This document shows, one piece after another, positions 18,128 through 27,165 of a stretch of 37,636 bases of DNA (positions are counted from its first letter, which is position 1; each line of letters starts with the position of its first letter). Source of the DNA: Rhodospirillales bacterium (GTDB lineage Bacteria; Pseudomonadota; Alphaproteobacteria; UBA8366; JADFVY01); NCBI GenBank assembly GCA_020356105.1, contig CP070634.1, forward strand, positions 3,408,360-3,445,995, given 5' to 3'. The position numbers and the translations under genes were made by a program. A model generated the notes under the pieces. The model was not told the DNA's origin, ran no database searches, and saw only the letters and a list, made by a program, of their open reading frames with translations.

Positions 18128-19360
18128 ATGTATCTGAAATTCGAGTCCATCCCGCGACCCGTCCTCCTGGCGCAGGGTCTCAAATTGCTCCCGCACCTTG
18201 TCAGATTGTTCGCGAACTGGCGTTTCCGGGAAGTCCCTGCGGGCAGATATGGGGATCCCGAGATCAACATCTTGCAGGACGGCGACGACGGTATCATACA
18301 GGCACCGTGGATCGAGGCAGAGCAGCGGTATCGGAACGCCGCCGATCTCGCCGACGGTCTTTCGAAGCACCTGATACGATGTTGGATCGAGGAGAATGCA
18401 CCAGCGCTTGGAATCGCCGCCGCGGCCGCGCGATTCGGCGACGGTCTCGCGGTCATTATCGGCGGGCCGAAATCCGGCAAGAGCCTGCTGACCGCAAGCT
18501 TGTCGGTGTTGGGGCACACCGTGTTCGCGGACTCGGTTGTACCGATCGCTGTTTCGACGCGAGAATGCATCGGCTTGGGAATGGCACCGCGCTTGAAATT
18601 GCCGCTGCCCGCTTCTTACACTGGGCCGTTGCGCCGCCGCCTCGAGCGCCGGCTCGACAGTTGCGGCCCCCAATCGGCCTATCTGCTGCCCCGTGCCGGC
18701 GATATCGCCGCCTTTGGCGAACGCGCGCCGATCAGCGCCTTCGTTATTCTCGACCGCGCCGACGGCAGCATCACCAGCCTGCGCCCCGGGACCTCGAGTT
18801 CGTTACTCAAACGCCTGCTCCTCGGCAGCTTCGACGCCCTTCCGTCTGCCCGGGCTACGCTGAACCTCTTGCACGATATTGTAACCAATCTGCCCTGTTA
18901 CCGGCTGACCTGGTCGGACCCGTCGGAAGCGGCCCGCACCCTGCGCGCGCGTTTGGCGTTCAAGCGCCCGGTACCGGCCGACGATCGGAGCCGCGAATCC
19001 GCGAGTGATTCTCTTCCCCGGCGCCGCGCCGCCGGTCCGCGCATCCCTGCGGGCCGCCGATATCGATACGCCGACGGGCTCGAGATATGCCGTCTCGACG
19101 GCACCATGTTCATCGCCGATACGAATGGCACGGCCATCTATCACCTCAACAGCTTGGGCGCAGGGCTGTGGGGTCTGCTTGATGGAACGCATGGGCTGGA
19201 GGACGTGATGTCGGTCCTGCAAAACGCGTATCCGACCGTCGATCGAACCGTGATCGAAAACGACGTCACCAGTCTGATCGCCGAGCTCGTTGGGCGCGGC
19301 CTGGTGATCGAACAGCACGCGGGCGATTGCGGGACGGAACGGCCTGAAATCATCCCTTGA
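18128..19360 (+). CDS. HprK-related P-loop kinase-like protein fused to PqqD/RRE domain (copy 2, degenerate motifs)
   Basis: GGAGG RBS; Walker A GGPKSGKS, FADS, GMAPRLKLPLP, AIYHLNSLGAGLWGLLDG; paralog of 16279-17487. Confidence 0.8.
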   Translation: MYLKFESIPRPVLLAQGLKLLPHLVRLFANWRFREVPAGRYGDPEINILQDGDDGIIQAPWIEAEQRYRNAADLADGLSKHLIRCWIEENAPALGIAAAAARFGDGLAVIIGGPKSGKSLLTASLSVLGHTVFADSVVPIAVSTRECIGLGMAPRLKLPLPASYTGPLRRRLERRLDSCGPQSAYLLPRAGDIAAFGERAPISAFVILDRADGSITSLRPGTSSSLLKRLLLGSFDALPSARATLNLLHDIVTNLPCYRLTWSDPSEAARTLRARLAFKRPVPADDRSRESASDSLPRRRAAGPRIPAGRRYRYADGLEICRLDGTMFIADTNGTAIYHLNSLGAGLWGLLDGTHGLEDVMSVLQNAYPTVDRTVIENDVTSLIAELVGRGLVIEQHAGDCGTERPEIIP

Positions 19361-20780
19361 TGCATATTAGCGGCCTGAGCTCGGCGATCTTGCGGGCTAG
19401 GCCGGCCTCGTGTGTCGCTTCGATCACAGCCGTTACGTCCTTGTACGCGGCCGGTGCCTCCTCCGCCACGCCGCGCATCGACGGGCTTCGGATCAAGGTT
19501 CCCCGGTGCGCCAGGTCCCTGACCACATCGTCGCCGCGCCAATTCTTGCGTGCCTGATGCCGGCTCATGCGCCGACCCGCCCCATGACAGGCAGAGCTGA
19601 ACGCACGCCGCTCACTGGTTGCGGTCCCCGCGAGGATCCACGAAGCCGTCCCCATGCTGCCGCCGACGAAGACCGGTTGTCCAATGGGGCGCAACGCCCC
19701 GGGCAGGCTCGCATGTCCGGGGCCGAAAGCGCGCGTCGCGCCCTTGCGATGCACGAACAGCTGGCGCGCTTTGCCGTTGATCGTGTGCTCCTCGACCTTG
19801 CAGGTGTTGTGCGAGACATCGAACAGCAGGGTCGCTTCCGTTCTCGGAAGGACGGCACATAACGCCTGCCGGACCAGATGTCCGATGATCTGACGATTCG
19901 CGAACGCGCAGTTGATGGCCGCGCGCATCGCGCCGAGATAACGCCGCCCGAGATCGCTGTCAATCGGGCTGCAGGCGAGCTCACGATCGGGCAGCTTCAA
20001 TCCGAGACGCGCGTCCTCGATCGCCATATCGCGCAGAAATTCGGTACCGATCTGGTGTCCAAGACCTCGCGAACCACAGTGGATGCCGACCACCAGCTCG
20101 CCGACCGCCAGACCGAATGCCCGCGCCGCATCCCCATCGTGTATGCGCACGATTTCCTGGATTTCGAGGTAATGGTTGCCCGAACCCAGCGTCCCCATCT
20201 CACGTCTTTGCCGCTGACGGGCCCGATCGCTGACGCAGTCTGGCATTGCGCCGGGCATACATCCGGACTCCTCTATCCGGTCGAGATCGGCGGGCGCGCC
20301 GAATCCCCGATCGACGGCCCAACGGGCGCCGCCGGCCAGCATGGCGGTCATCTCCGCATCCGAGAGGCTGATTTCGCCGGTGCTCCCCAGACCGGCCGGT
20401 ATGGCGGCAAACAGGGTATCGGCCAGCTCTTCCTTGACGGGCTCCACATCCTCGCGTTTCAGACCCGTCACCATCGTTCGCACACCGCAAGAAATGTCGA
20501 ACCCGACACCGCCGGCCGAGACGACCCCGCCGGCTTCGGGATCGAACGCAGCAACGCCGCCGATCGGAAACCCGTATCCCCAGTGCGCGTCGGGCATTGC
20601 ATAGGACGCCGTCACGATCCCGGGCAGCGTCGCCACGTTGGTGACCTGCTCGTAAACCTTGTCATCCATGTCGCGGATCAGCTGTTCGTCGCCATACAGA
20701 ACCGCCGGCACGCGCATTTCGCCATGGGGTGCGATCCGCCATTCGAATGGAGAGACTTTCTCGAGACGCGAGAGCTCCAT
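19350..20780 (-). CDS. rtcB: RtcB RNA ligase (archaeal-type, long form)
   Basis: MPDAHWGYGFPIGG, GFDISCG, GSGNHY.E, HCGSRG, DVSHN, VHRKGATR, SMG, HGAGR, EEAP.AYK. Confidence 0.95.
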   Translation of the reverse strand: MELSRLEKVSPFEWRIAPHGEMRVPAVLYGDEQLIRDMDDKVYEQVTNVATLPGIVTASYAMPDAHWGYGFPIGGVAAFDPEAGGVVSAGGVGFDISCGVRTMVTGLKREDVEPVKEELADTLFAAIPAGLGSTGEISLSDAEMTAMLAGGARWAVDRGFGAPADLDRIEESGCMPGAMPDCVSDRARQRQRREMGTLGSGNHYLEIQEIVRIHDGDAARAFGLAVGELVVGIHCGSRGLGHQIGTEFLRDMAIEDARLGLKLPDRELACSPIDSDLGRRYLGAMRAAINCAFANRQIIGHLVRQALCAVLPRTEATLLFDVSHNTCKVEEHTINGKARQLFVHRKGATRAFGPGHASLPGALRPIGQPVFVGGSMGTASWILAGTATSERRAFSSACHGAGRRMSRHQARKNWRGDDVVRDLAHRGTLIRSPSMRGVAEEAPAAYKDVTAVIEATHEAGLARKIAELRPLICIKG

Positions 20781-20792
20781 CGGTGCGCCTCC

Positions 20793-21218
20793 TCAGACAT
20801 CGACAACGCAACGAGCGACCCAGGAACCGCCCCGGCGGTGCACGGAAAGGCCCGTATAGGTGGCGCCCTTCACTTCGACGGCGGGATGATGGCGCTCGCG
20901 CGAGATCTTCTCGCCCCACGCGGTTCCAACCAGTCGGCACCCGTCGATTCTGACCTCGAACCGCCCAAACAGCATGCCACGGGTCGCCATCTCGAAGACC
21001 AGCGCGTTAAGCCATTCGACCAGCAGCAGCTCGATATCCGGCGCCTCGCAGTGCACCGTGACCTTTTCATTGGTGCGCACCAGTTCCGGGTCCGTAATGG
21101 CACCAGTCATTGCCGTCGCAACGCGTTCGAATACATCGCCAAGGCTGGGTCCGGATGCGGCGAGGCCGATGTCCGCCTCGTGAGCGAAATGCGACCAACC
21201 GTTTGCCTGTGCGGACAT
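20793..21218 (-). CDS. Archease
   Basis: F.HEADIG, LLVEWLNAL, GEKI...RH, EVKGATY, C-terminal VVDV; directly upstream of rtcB. Confidence 0.92.
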   Translation of the reverse strand: MSAQANGWSHFAHEADIGLAASGPSLGDVFERVATAMTGAITDPELVRTNEKVTVHCEAPDIELLLVEWLNALVFEMATRGMLFGRFEVRIDGCRLVGTAWGEKISRERHHPAVEVKGATYTGLSVHRRGGSWVARCVVDV

Positions 21219-21311
21219 TGCCTGACTCCGCGGTCACCGCGCATTCAAAAAGAATTCGAGGCGCCTTGCCGCAGACTGCCCACCAGTCCCCCGGATCCGC
21301 AATGACTCAGA

Positions 21312-22454
21312 TCAACCGGCGTCTTTGACCACGCTGTCATCTGCGCCGTCCGGGACGTCCGCATCATTTGGGGTTGCCCCGACGGTCGCGCGGATCAGCG
21401 ATTCGTAAATGCCGATTGATGAAGAGAGATTCCAATGGTTTTCGACAAATTCGCGGGCCGTCGGGGCAGGTGAAATCGAAAGTGCCTTCTTAAGGACCTC
21501 CACCAACGCCGGCACAGACTCGTTGGAGAGCAGATGCCCTGATTCGGGACATAACATCTCTGGCTCGATCGGGGATGTTGCCACGACCGGCTTTCCACAG
21601 GCCTGCGCCGCGAGGATCGGTCGCCGGCTGAAGTCGCCGGCGGCCCCCTGATAGAACACATCGATGGCCTGGTGAATCGATTCCGGGAGCGCCCAGCCAC
21701 CCAGAATGTGGACGCGCTCGTCCAGATTCAGTTCGCGAAGCATGCCGCGTGCAAGCGAGCCCGGCGACGCGGCGCCGAACAATGCCACATGGACGTCCGG
21801 TTCCATCGCCGTCAATGCGCTGAACAACATTTCGAGGCTGGACTCCGGTCCAGCGCAACCGATGATCCGCGGCTCCACGGGCAGACCGGTCTTCAGCCTG
21901 GCCTTTGCCGGCGAGTCCGGCCGATAACGATTGCAGTCAATCGCGGAGGGGACCACCGCGATATCGCGGTCAGCGCTCAAGCGGGACGCAATCTCGCGCG
22001 ATGTCGCGACCAGGGTGACGTTGTGCTCCGCCGCCAACTCCAGGATCTGTTTGCGCACCCGTTCATCTGATACGTTTGCGTCATTGCCGACCGTGTGCAC
22101 AAGGTAAGGGATACCGGATTGTCGTGCCGTCGACGCCACGGTCGTCAGGTCATCGAAGCGATGGGTATGGACGATGTCGAGTGTAACCCGCGCAAACAGG
22201 GACGCAAGATCGGCCCTCACGGTATCGCGGTCAACGGAAATCCAGTGGATGTCGTTATGGCCGACGACCGGAGGACAACTGTCGCCCATTCTCGCGAGAT
22301 GCATTTCGAATACGTTGCGAAGGCCGTTGCGAATGTCCGACGCGGCCGTCAAATCCGCGCGTGCATCGAGATCGGATACGACCTCGAGCACCGCCGGCCG
22401 CGCAAGCCGCCGTGCATATGTTTGTTGTAAGCCTTTAGTATGTCTCAAGCTCAT
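21312..22454 (-). CDS. GT4-like glycosyltransferase with degenerate catalytic motifs
   Basis: DIVHTH, VHT, AID..RY.P...KAR...GLP, AQACGKPVVAT; lacks GRL..K and E-x7-E. Confidence 0.7.
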   Translation of the reverse strand: MSLRHTKGLQQTYARRLARPAVLEVVSDLDARADLTAASDIRNGLRNVFEMHLARMGDSCPPVVGHNDIHWISVDRDTVRADLASLFARVTLDIVHTHRFDDLTTVASTARQSGIPYLVHTVGNDANVSDERVRKQILELAAEHNVTLVATSREIASRLSADRDIAVVPSAIDCNRYRPDSPAKARLKTGLPVEPRIIGCAGPESSLEMLFSALTAMEPDVHVALFGAASPGSLARGMLRELNLDERVHILGGWALPESIHQAIDVFYQGAAGDFSRRPILAAQACGKPVVATSPIEPEMLCPESGHLLSNESVPALVEVLKKALSISPAPTAREFVENHWNLSSSIGIYESLIRATVGATPNDADVPDGADDSVVKDAG

Positions 22455-22500
22455 AACCACTGAATCGGCATTGCATCCGCAAGGAATCCATAAACAAACA

Positions 22501-22517
22501 AGCATGATTCGTGCCAA
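22501..22517 (-). promoter_or_regulatory. Putative sigma54 (-24/-12) promoter of the GT4-like gene
   Basis: Minus strand TTGGCACGAATCATGCT versus consensus TGGCACG-N4-TTGCW, correct GG/GC spacing, about 47 bp before ATG 22454. Confidence 0.6.
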
Positions 22518-22568
22518 ACGAGATCCGCGAATTACCCGAGGAACTTTGCGGATTTACGCCTTTTTGCG

Positions 22569-22588
22569 GAAAATCACTTGCGATTTTC
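22569..22588. promoter_or_regulatory. Palindrome GAAAATC-N6-GATTTTC in divergent intergenic region
   Basis: Perfect 7-bp arms; position compatible with an upstream activator site of the sigma54-like promoter. Confidence 0.4.
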
Positions 22589-22750
22589 ATGTCAGGGTTG
22601 CCGCAAATTGCGATTCCGACTCGCAATTCCGACTCGCGGCCGGCGCCCACATGTCGCCAGCATGAAATGAGCGGTACACCCCCACCAGTTGATCGCGGCG
22701 CGTGCAACGATGCGAAACCGCGATTTCGCGCGGGTCCGGCCGGTACAGCT

Positions 22751-23917
22751 ATGCTTCGGAGCCTGGTAACGGGCCTTTGCGCGCCGCGGCGCCTGCTGGA
22801 AGCGGCAAATCTTCTACGCGACATCCAGGCGGGTGCGGGCGCCCGTCGCGTGCCGGTACAGCGCACGCCTGTCTCGTATCGGCCGCGCGAGCGCCGACGC
22901 GACGGTGATCTTTACCGCGCAGCGAATCCACGGTGCGGAATGGTCCTTGTCCCGGGGGCGGCCGAGCTCGGCGCGAACGATCCGCGCCTCGTCGCCTTCG
23001 CTGAGGCTCTCGCCCGAGCAGGGTTTGAAGTCTTGGTGCCAGATCTGCCTGATCTGCGAGAGCTCCGGGTCTCTGCCGACGACGGCGTCATCATCGGCGA
23101 CGCTCTCCTGGCACTCGCCGGCCACTGCGCGAGTCGGGGCAACAAGACGGTCGGCATGACCGCGATCTGCTACTCCGCAGGTCCGGCGATGATCGCCCTG
23201 CTTGACGAGGAAGTCAGAGGCACGGCCCGATTCATGTTGTCCATCGGTGGCTATCTGGACATCGAATCCGTCATCAGGTTCATCACCACGGGGGTTCACG
23301 CCAATCCGCACGACCGAGCATCGCTGTATCGGCGCCCTGACGAATACGGAAAATGGGTTTTCGCGCTCAGCAGCACCGGCGCGCTGAGCCGTCGCGGCGA
23401 CCGCGAATCGCTGGAGGAGATGGCGCGCCGCAGACGAGCCGAGCCGGAGGCCGACCTGTCCGATCTCGCCGCAGGTCTCGACGATGAGGGTCGGCGCGTA
23501 TTTCAGTTGCTCGAAAATCGCGATCCCGACCGCGTCGCCGAGCTGATCGCAGCGCTACCCCGGGGGATCGTCACCGAGATTACGGCCCTGGATCTCTCCC
23601 GCCGGGACCTCTCGGCACTGGACATGCGTTTCATCCTGATTCACGGCAACGACGATCCCGTCATTCCGGAAACACAGAGCGTCATGCTTGCCGCCGCGCT
23701 GCAGCGAGCGGATCTCTTCATCCTCGATTCGATCCAGCATGTCGATCCCGGACCATCGGGGCTCGGCGACAAATTGAAGCTCTTGGCGGCAGTTCACGAA
23801 CTGTTGCGGCAGCGGGATATCATCCGGCCGCCCGAAGGCCCGACCGGCGAAAGTCCGCTCAGATCCGCGAGCGACGAGCCAGTGGCCGGCCCGACCCGCC
23901 CTCCGGGGATGATGTAG
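22751..23917 (+). CDS. Alpha/beta-hydrolase fold protein
   Basis: GDLY, VLVPG, LARAGF.VLVPD, elbow AICYSAG, LIHGNDDPVIP, HVD; start uncertain. Confidence 0.72.
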   Translation: MLRSLVTGLCAPRRLLEAANLLRDIQAGAGARRVPVQRTPVSYRPRERRRDGDLYRAANPRCGMVLVPGAAELGANDPRLVAFAEALARAGFEVLVPDLPDLRELRVSADDGVIIGDALLALAGHCASRGNKTVGMTAICYSAGPAMIALLDEEVRGTARFMLSIGGYLDIESVIRFITTGVHANPHDRASLYRRPDEYGKWVFALSSTGALSRRGDRESLEEMARRRRAEPEADLSDLAAGLDDEGRRVFQLLENRDPDRVAELIAALPRGIVTEITALDLSRRDLSALDMRFILIHGNDDPVIPETQSVMLAAALQRADLFILDSIQHVDPGPSGLGDKLKLLAAVHELLRQRDIIRPPEGPTGESPLRSASDEPVAGPTRPPGMM

Positions 23918-23955
23918 TCCTTGTGATCGTATTCGGCGCCGTGTATTCGGACCGC

Positions 23956-25227
23956 ATGACCGCAGCTTCCGATCCCGGTGAATTGCTCCAGCGGATGTTT
24001 GCCGCAGCGGTCGCGGCGGCGGCGCCCGACGCGTGCATGCCCCCCCATATGCCGGCCCGCCCTAAAGGACGGACGGTTGTGATCGGCGCCGGCAAGGCTT
24101 CGGCCGCCATGGCCAGGGCGGTTGAAATGAATTGGCCGGGGGAATTGTCGGGTCTCGTGGTCACCCGCTACGGTCATGCCGTCCCATGCAAACGCATCGA
24201 GGTCGTCGAGGCGGCCCACCCGGTGCCCGACGAAAACGGGGTTGCGGCCGCGACGCGTATTCTCGAACTGGTCCGGGGATTGACCACCGACGATTTGGTC
24301 ATCTGCCTGATTTCGGGCGGCGGCTCGGCCCTCCTGACCCTGCCGGCGGCCGGCTTGAGCCTGGCAGACAAGCAGCAGGTCAACCGGGCGCTTCTGCGTT
24401 CCGGTGCGACGATCTCGGAGATGAACTGCGTTCGCAAGCATCTGTCCGCGATCAAGGGAGGGCGGCTGGCCGCGGCAGCATGGCCGGCGAAGATCGTAAC
24501 GCTCGTGATATCGGATGTTCCCGGCGACGATCCCGCGACCATCGCCTCGGGCCCGACGGTCGCCGACAGGACGACTTACGCCGACGCGCGCACCGTGCTC
24601 CGCAAATACGCGATCAACGAGCCGGCGGCGGTCCTGACACATCTGCAAAAGGCCGGCGACGAAAGCCCGAAGTCGGACGACCCGCGGCTCGTCACTGCGC
24701 GAACCGTACTGATCGCGACCCCCCAGGCATCGCTGGAAGCCGCTGCCAAGGTTGCCAGTCGGGCCGGCGTAACGCCGCTCATTCTGAGCGACCGGATCGA
24801 GGGCGAGGCGTCCGAGGTCGCGAAGGTGCATGCCGGGATCGCCCTGCAAATTGCCGCGCGCGACCAACCCGCGGCAAGGCCGGCGGTGATCCTCTCCGGC
24901 GGCGAGACGACCGTCACTGTGAAGGGCAAGGGGCGCGGCGGGCGCAACGCAGAGTTTCTGCTGTCGCTCGCCGTTGTCCTCGAGGGCGCGCGGGGGATCC
25001 ACGCGATCGCTTGCGATACCGACGGCATCGACGGCTCGGAGGACAATGCCGGCGCACTAATCGGCCCCGAGACTTGGTATCTTGCGGGCGAACGCGGAAT
25101 CGACCTGAAGTCCCGGCTCGCCGACAACGATGCGTATGGTGCCTTCGCGGCGCTGGATTGTCTCGTCGTGACGGGACCGACCCTCACGAACGTCAACGAC
25201 TTTCGGGCGATTCTCGTGACGAGCTGA
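23956..25227 (+). CDS. Glycerate 2-kinase (MOFRL/TtuD family)
   Basis: GAGKA, EAAHPVPD, LISGGGSAL, RKHLSAIKGG, SDVPGDD, SGGETTV, GGRN, DTDGIDG, TGPTLTNVND. Confidence 0.93.
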   Translation: MTAASDPGELLQRMFAAAVAAAAPDACMPPHMPARPKGRTVVIGAGKASAAMARAVEMNWPGELSGLVVTRYGHAVPCKRIEVVEAAHPVPDENGVAAATRILELVRGLTTDDLVICLISGGGSALLTLPAAGLSLADKQQVNRALLRSGATISEMNCVRKHLSAIKGGRLAAAAWPAKIVTLVISDVPGDDPATIASGPTVADRTTYADARTVLRKYAINEPAAVLTHLQKAGDESPKSDDPRLVTARTVLIATPQASLEAAAKVASRAGVTPLILSDRIEGEASEVAKVHAGIALQIAARDQPAARPAVILSGGETTVTVKGKGRGGRNAEFLLSLAVVLEGARGIHAIACDTDGIDGSEDNAGALIGPETWYLAGERGIDLKSRLADNDAYGAFAALDCLVVTGPTLTNVNDFRAILVTS

Positions 25228-25260
25228 AATCAGCCGCGCGCGCAAGCCGCCGGCACGCTG

Positions 25261-26133
25261 TCAGTCGCTTGCACCGTCGCGGGTCAGGAGCGGACCATAG
25301 AGTTCCGGCCGCCGGTCCCGGAACAGGCCCCATGAAGCCCGCATCGCGCGAACTTCTTCGAGATCGAATGCCGCAGTTACGACCGCCTGTTCCTCGCGTC
25401 CCGCCTCGGCATGGATCTCCCCTTTGGGCCCGGCGATGAAGGACGAGCCGTAGAAGGTCATCGTCGCGGCATCGTTGTCCTCGATGCCGATCCGATTGCT
25501 GGCCGCCACGACCACCATGTTGGCCGCCGCATGACCCTGCATCACGCGCTGCCAGTGGTCGCGACTGTCGAGCTCCGGGTCATGCGGCTCCGAGCCGATC
25601 GCCGTGGGATACAGCAGGATATCCGCACCGCGCAGTGCCATGGAGCGGGCGCATTCGGGGAACCACTGGTCCCAACAGATGCCCACCCCGATCGTCCCGC
25701 AGCGGGTTGGCCAGGCCCGGAATCCGCTGTCACCCTCGCTGAAATAGAATTTCTCCTCGTATCCCGGCCCCTGCGGAATATGGCTCTTTCGGTAACATCC
25801 CAGTACGCTGCCGTCGGCATCGATGATCGCAGTCGAGTTATAGTAGGCGTTGTTGGCGCGCTCGAAGAAGCTGACTGGCAAAACCACCCCCAGTTCGGCC
25901 GCGAGCCCCGCGAAACGCGAGATGACCGGATTGCCCTCGAATGGTCGTGCGAGGGCGAAGTACTCCTGTTTCTGATCCGGACAGAAGTAGGGCGTTTCGA
26001 ACAGCTCTTGCAGCAGCACGATATCAGCGCCCCTGTGCGCCGCCTCGCGAACCAACCGTTCCGCCGTGTCGAGATTGGCCTCGGTATCCCAGCTGCAGGC
26101 CATTTGCGTCACCGCGACGGTGACCGTCGTCAT
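25261..26133 (-). CDS. aguB: N-carbamoylputrescine amidase
   Basis: QELF, YRKSHIP.GPGY.EK.YF, ICWDQWFPE, YPTAIGSEP, FRDRRPELY. Confidence 0.95.
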   Translation of the reverse strand: MTTVTVAVTQMACSWDTEANLDTAERLVREAAHRGADIVLLQELFETPYFCPDQKQEYFALARPFEGNPVISRFAGLAAELGVVLPVSFFERANNAYYNSTAIIDADGSVLGCYRKSHIPQGPGYEEKFYFSEGDSGFRAWPTRCGTIGVGICWDQWFPECARSMALRGADILLYPTAIGSEPHDPELDSRDHWQRVMQGHAAANMVVVAASNRIGIEDNDAATMTFYGSSFIAGPKGEIHAEAGREEQAVVTAAFDLEEVRAMRASWGLFRDRRPELYGPLLTRDGASD

Positions 26134-27155
26134 GGCGCGTGTCCCGCGTCTGGTTGTTGCTGGGTGATGCAGTGAATGCCCCCGCCACCGCGGACGATAT
26201 CGGTCGAGGAAATTTGGATGACCTTGCGGTCGGCAAAAGCCTGCGCGACCGTCTTGAACGCCGCGTTGTCGCGACGGTCTTCGAATCCCGGCATGACAAC
26301 TCCGCCATTGGCGATATAGAGGTTGACATAAGAGCTTGACAGGCGCGTTCCGGCGTCTTCCATGCGCGACGGCTGATCAACCGTAATGACCTCCAGCTTG
26401 CGGCCCTTGGCGTCGGCACTGCCCCGCAGGATTCCGATGTTCTCCCTGCAAATCTCGTAATTCGGATCGCTCTGGTCCGGGCACGACGCGGCCAGCACCA
26501 CGCCGGGACGAACAAAGCAGGCGACATTATCAATATGACCGTCGGTCTCGTCATCGTGACAACCGGCGGGCAGCCATATGATCTTGTCGACTCCGAGCCA
26601 GTCGCGCAGGCTTTGCACGGTTTCCTCGCGGTCCATTCCCGGATTGCGGTTCGGATTGAGTAGCACCGATTCGGTGGTCAGCAATGTCCCCTCTCCATCC
26701 GTATGGACGGCACCACCCTCCATGACGAACGGCGCATCGAACCGTCTTATCCCCTGCTGCGCCAACAGTGCTTCGGCCAGCCGGGCGTCGTTGTTGTAGT
26801 ACTCGTACTTCTGGCCCCAGGCATTGAAATGCCAGTCGCACGCCGCGATTCCGCCCCGCCCGTCGACCACATAGGTCGGCCCCACGTCCCGCATCCAGGA
26901 ATCGTCGATGTCCATCGGAAGGATTTCGACGCCACGGCCGCAGGCCATCGACGCGGCGGCGACATCGGACGGGTTGGCAATCATCGTAATAGGCTCGAAC
27001 TCGGCGATCACACGCGCGACCCCCGCATATGCTTGGCGCGCATCTTCGATTCGGTCGCCCCACAACTCCTCACGGCAGGGCCACGCCATCCAGCACCGCG
27101 CATGCAGTTGCCACTCTGCGGGCATGTAGAAACCTTCGGCGGCGGGCACGGTCAT
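26130..27155 (-). CDS. aguA: Agmatine deiminase
   Basis: MPAEW, WMRD.GP, FNAWG, EGG, NPNRNP, TDGHIDN, SYVN, GGGIHCITQQQP. Confidence 0.95.
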   Translation of the reverse strand: MTVPAAEGFYMPAEWQLHARCWMAWPCREELWGDRIEDARQAYAGVARVIAEFEPITMIANPSDVAAASMACGRGVEILPMDIDDSWMRDVGPTYVVDGRGGIAACDWHFNAWGQKYEYYNNDARLAEALLAQQGIRRFDAPFVMEGGAVHTDGEGTLLTTESVLLNPNRNPGMDREETVQSLRDWLGVDKIIWLPAGCHDDETDGHIDNVACFVRPGVVLAASCPDQSDPNYEICRENIGILRGSADAKGRKLEVITVDQPSRMEDAGTRLSSSYVNLYIANGGVVMPGFEDRRDNAAFKTVAQAFADRKVIQISSTDIVRGGGGIHCITQQQPDAGHAP

Positions 27156-27165
27156 CTCGGCCCCT

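Noticed and set aside
15778-19360. Lasso peptide or PQQ biosynthesis cluster
   Set aside because: No asparagine-synthetase-like cyclase, transglutaminase-like B2 protease or pqqBCE in the window; peptides lack PqqA ExxxY
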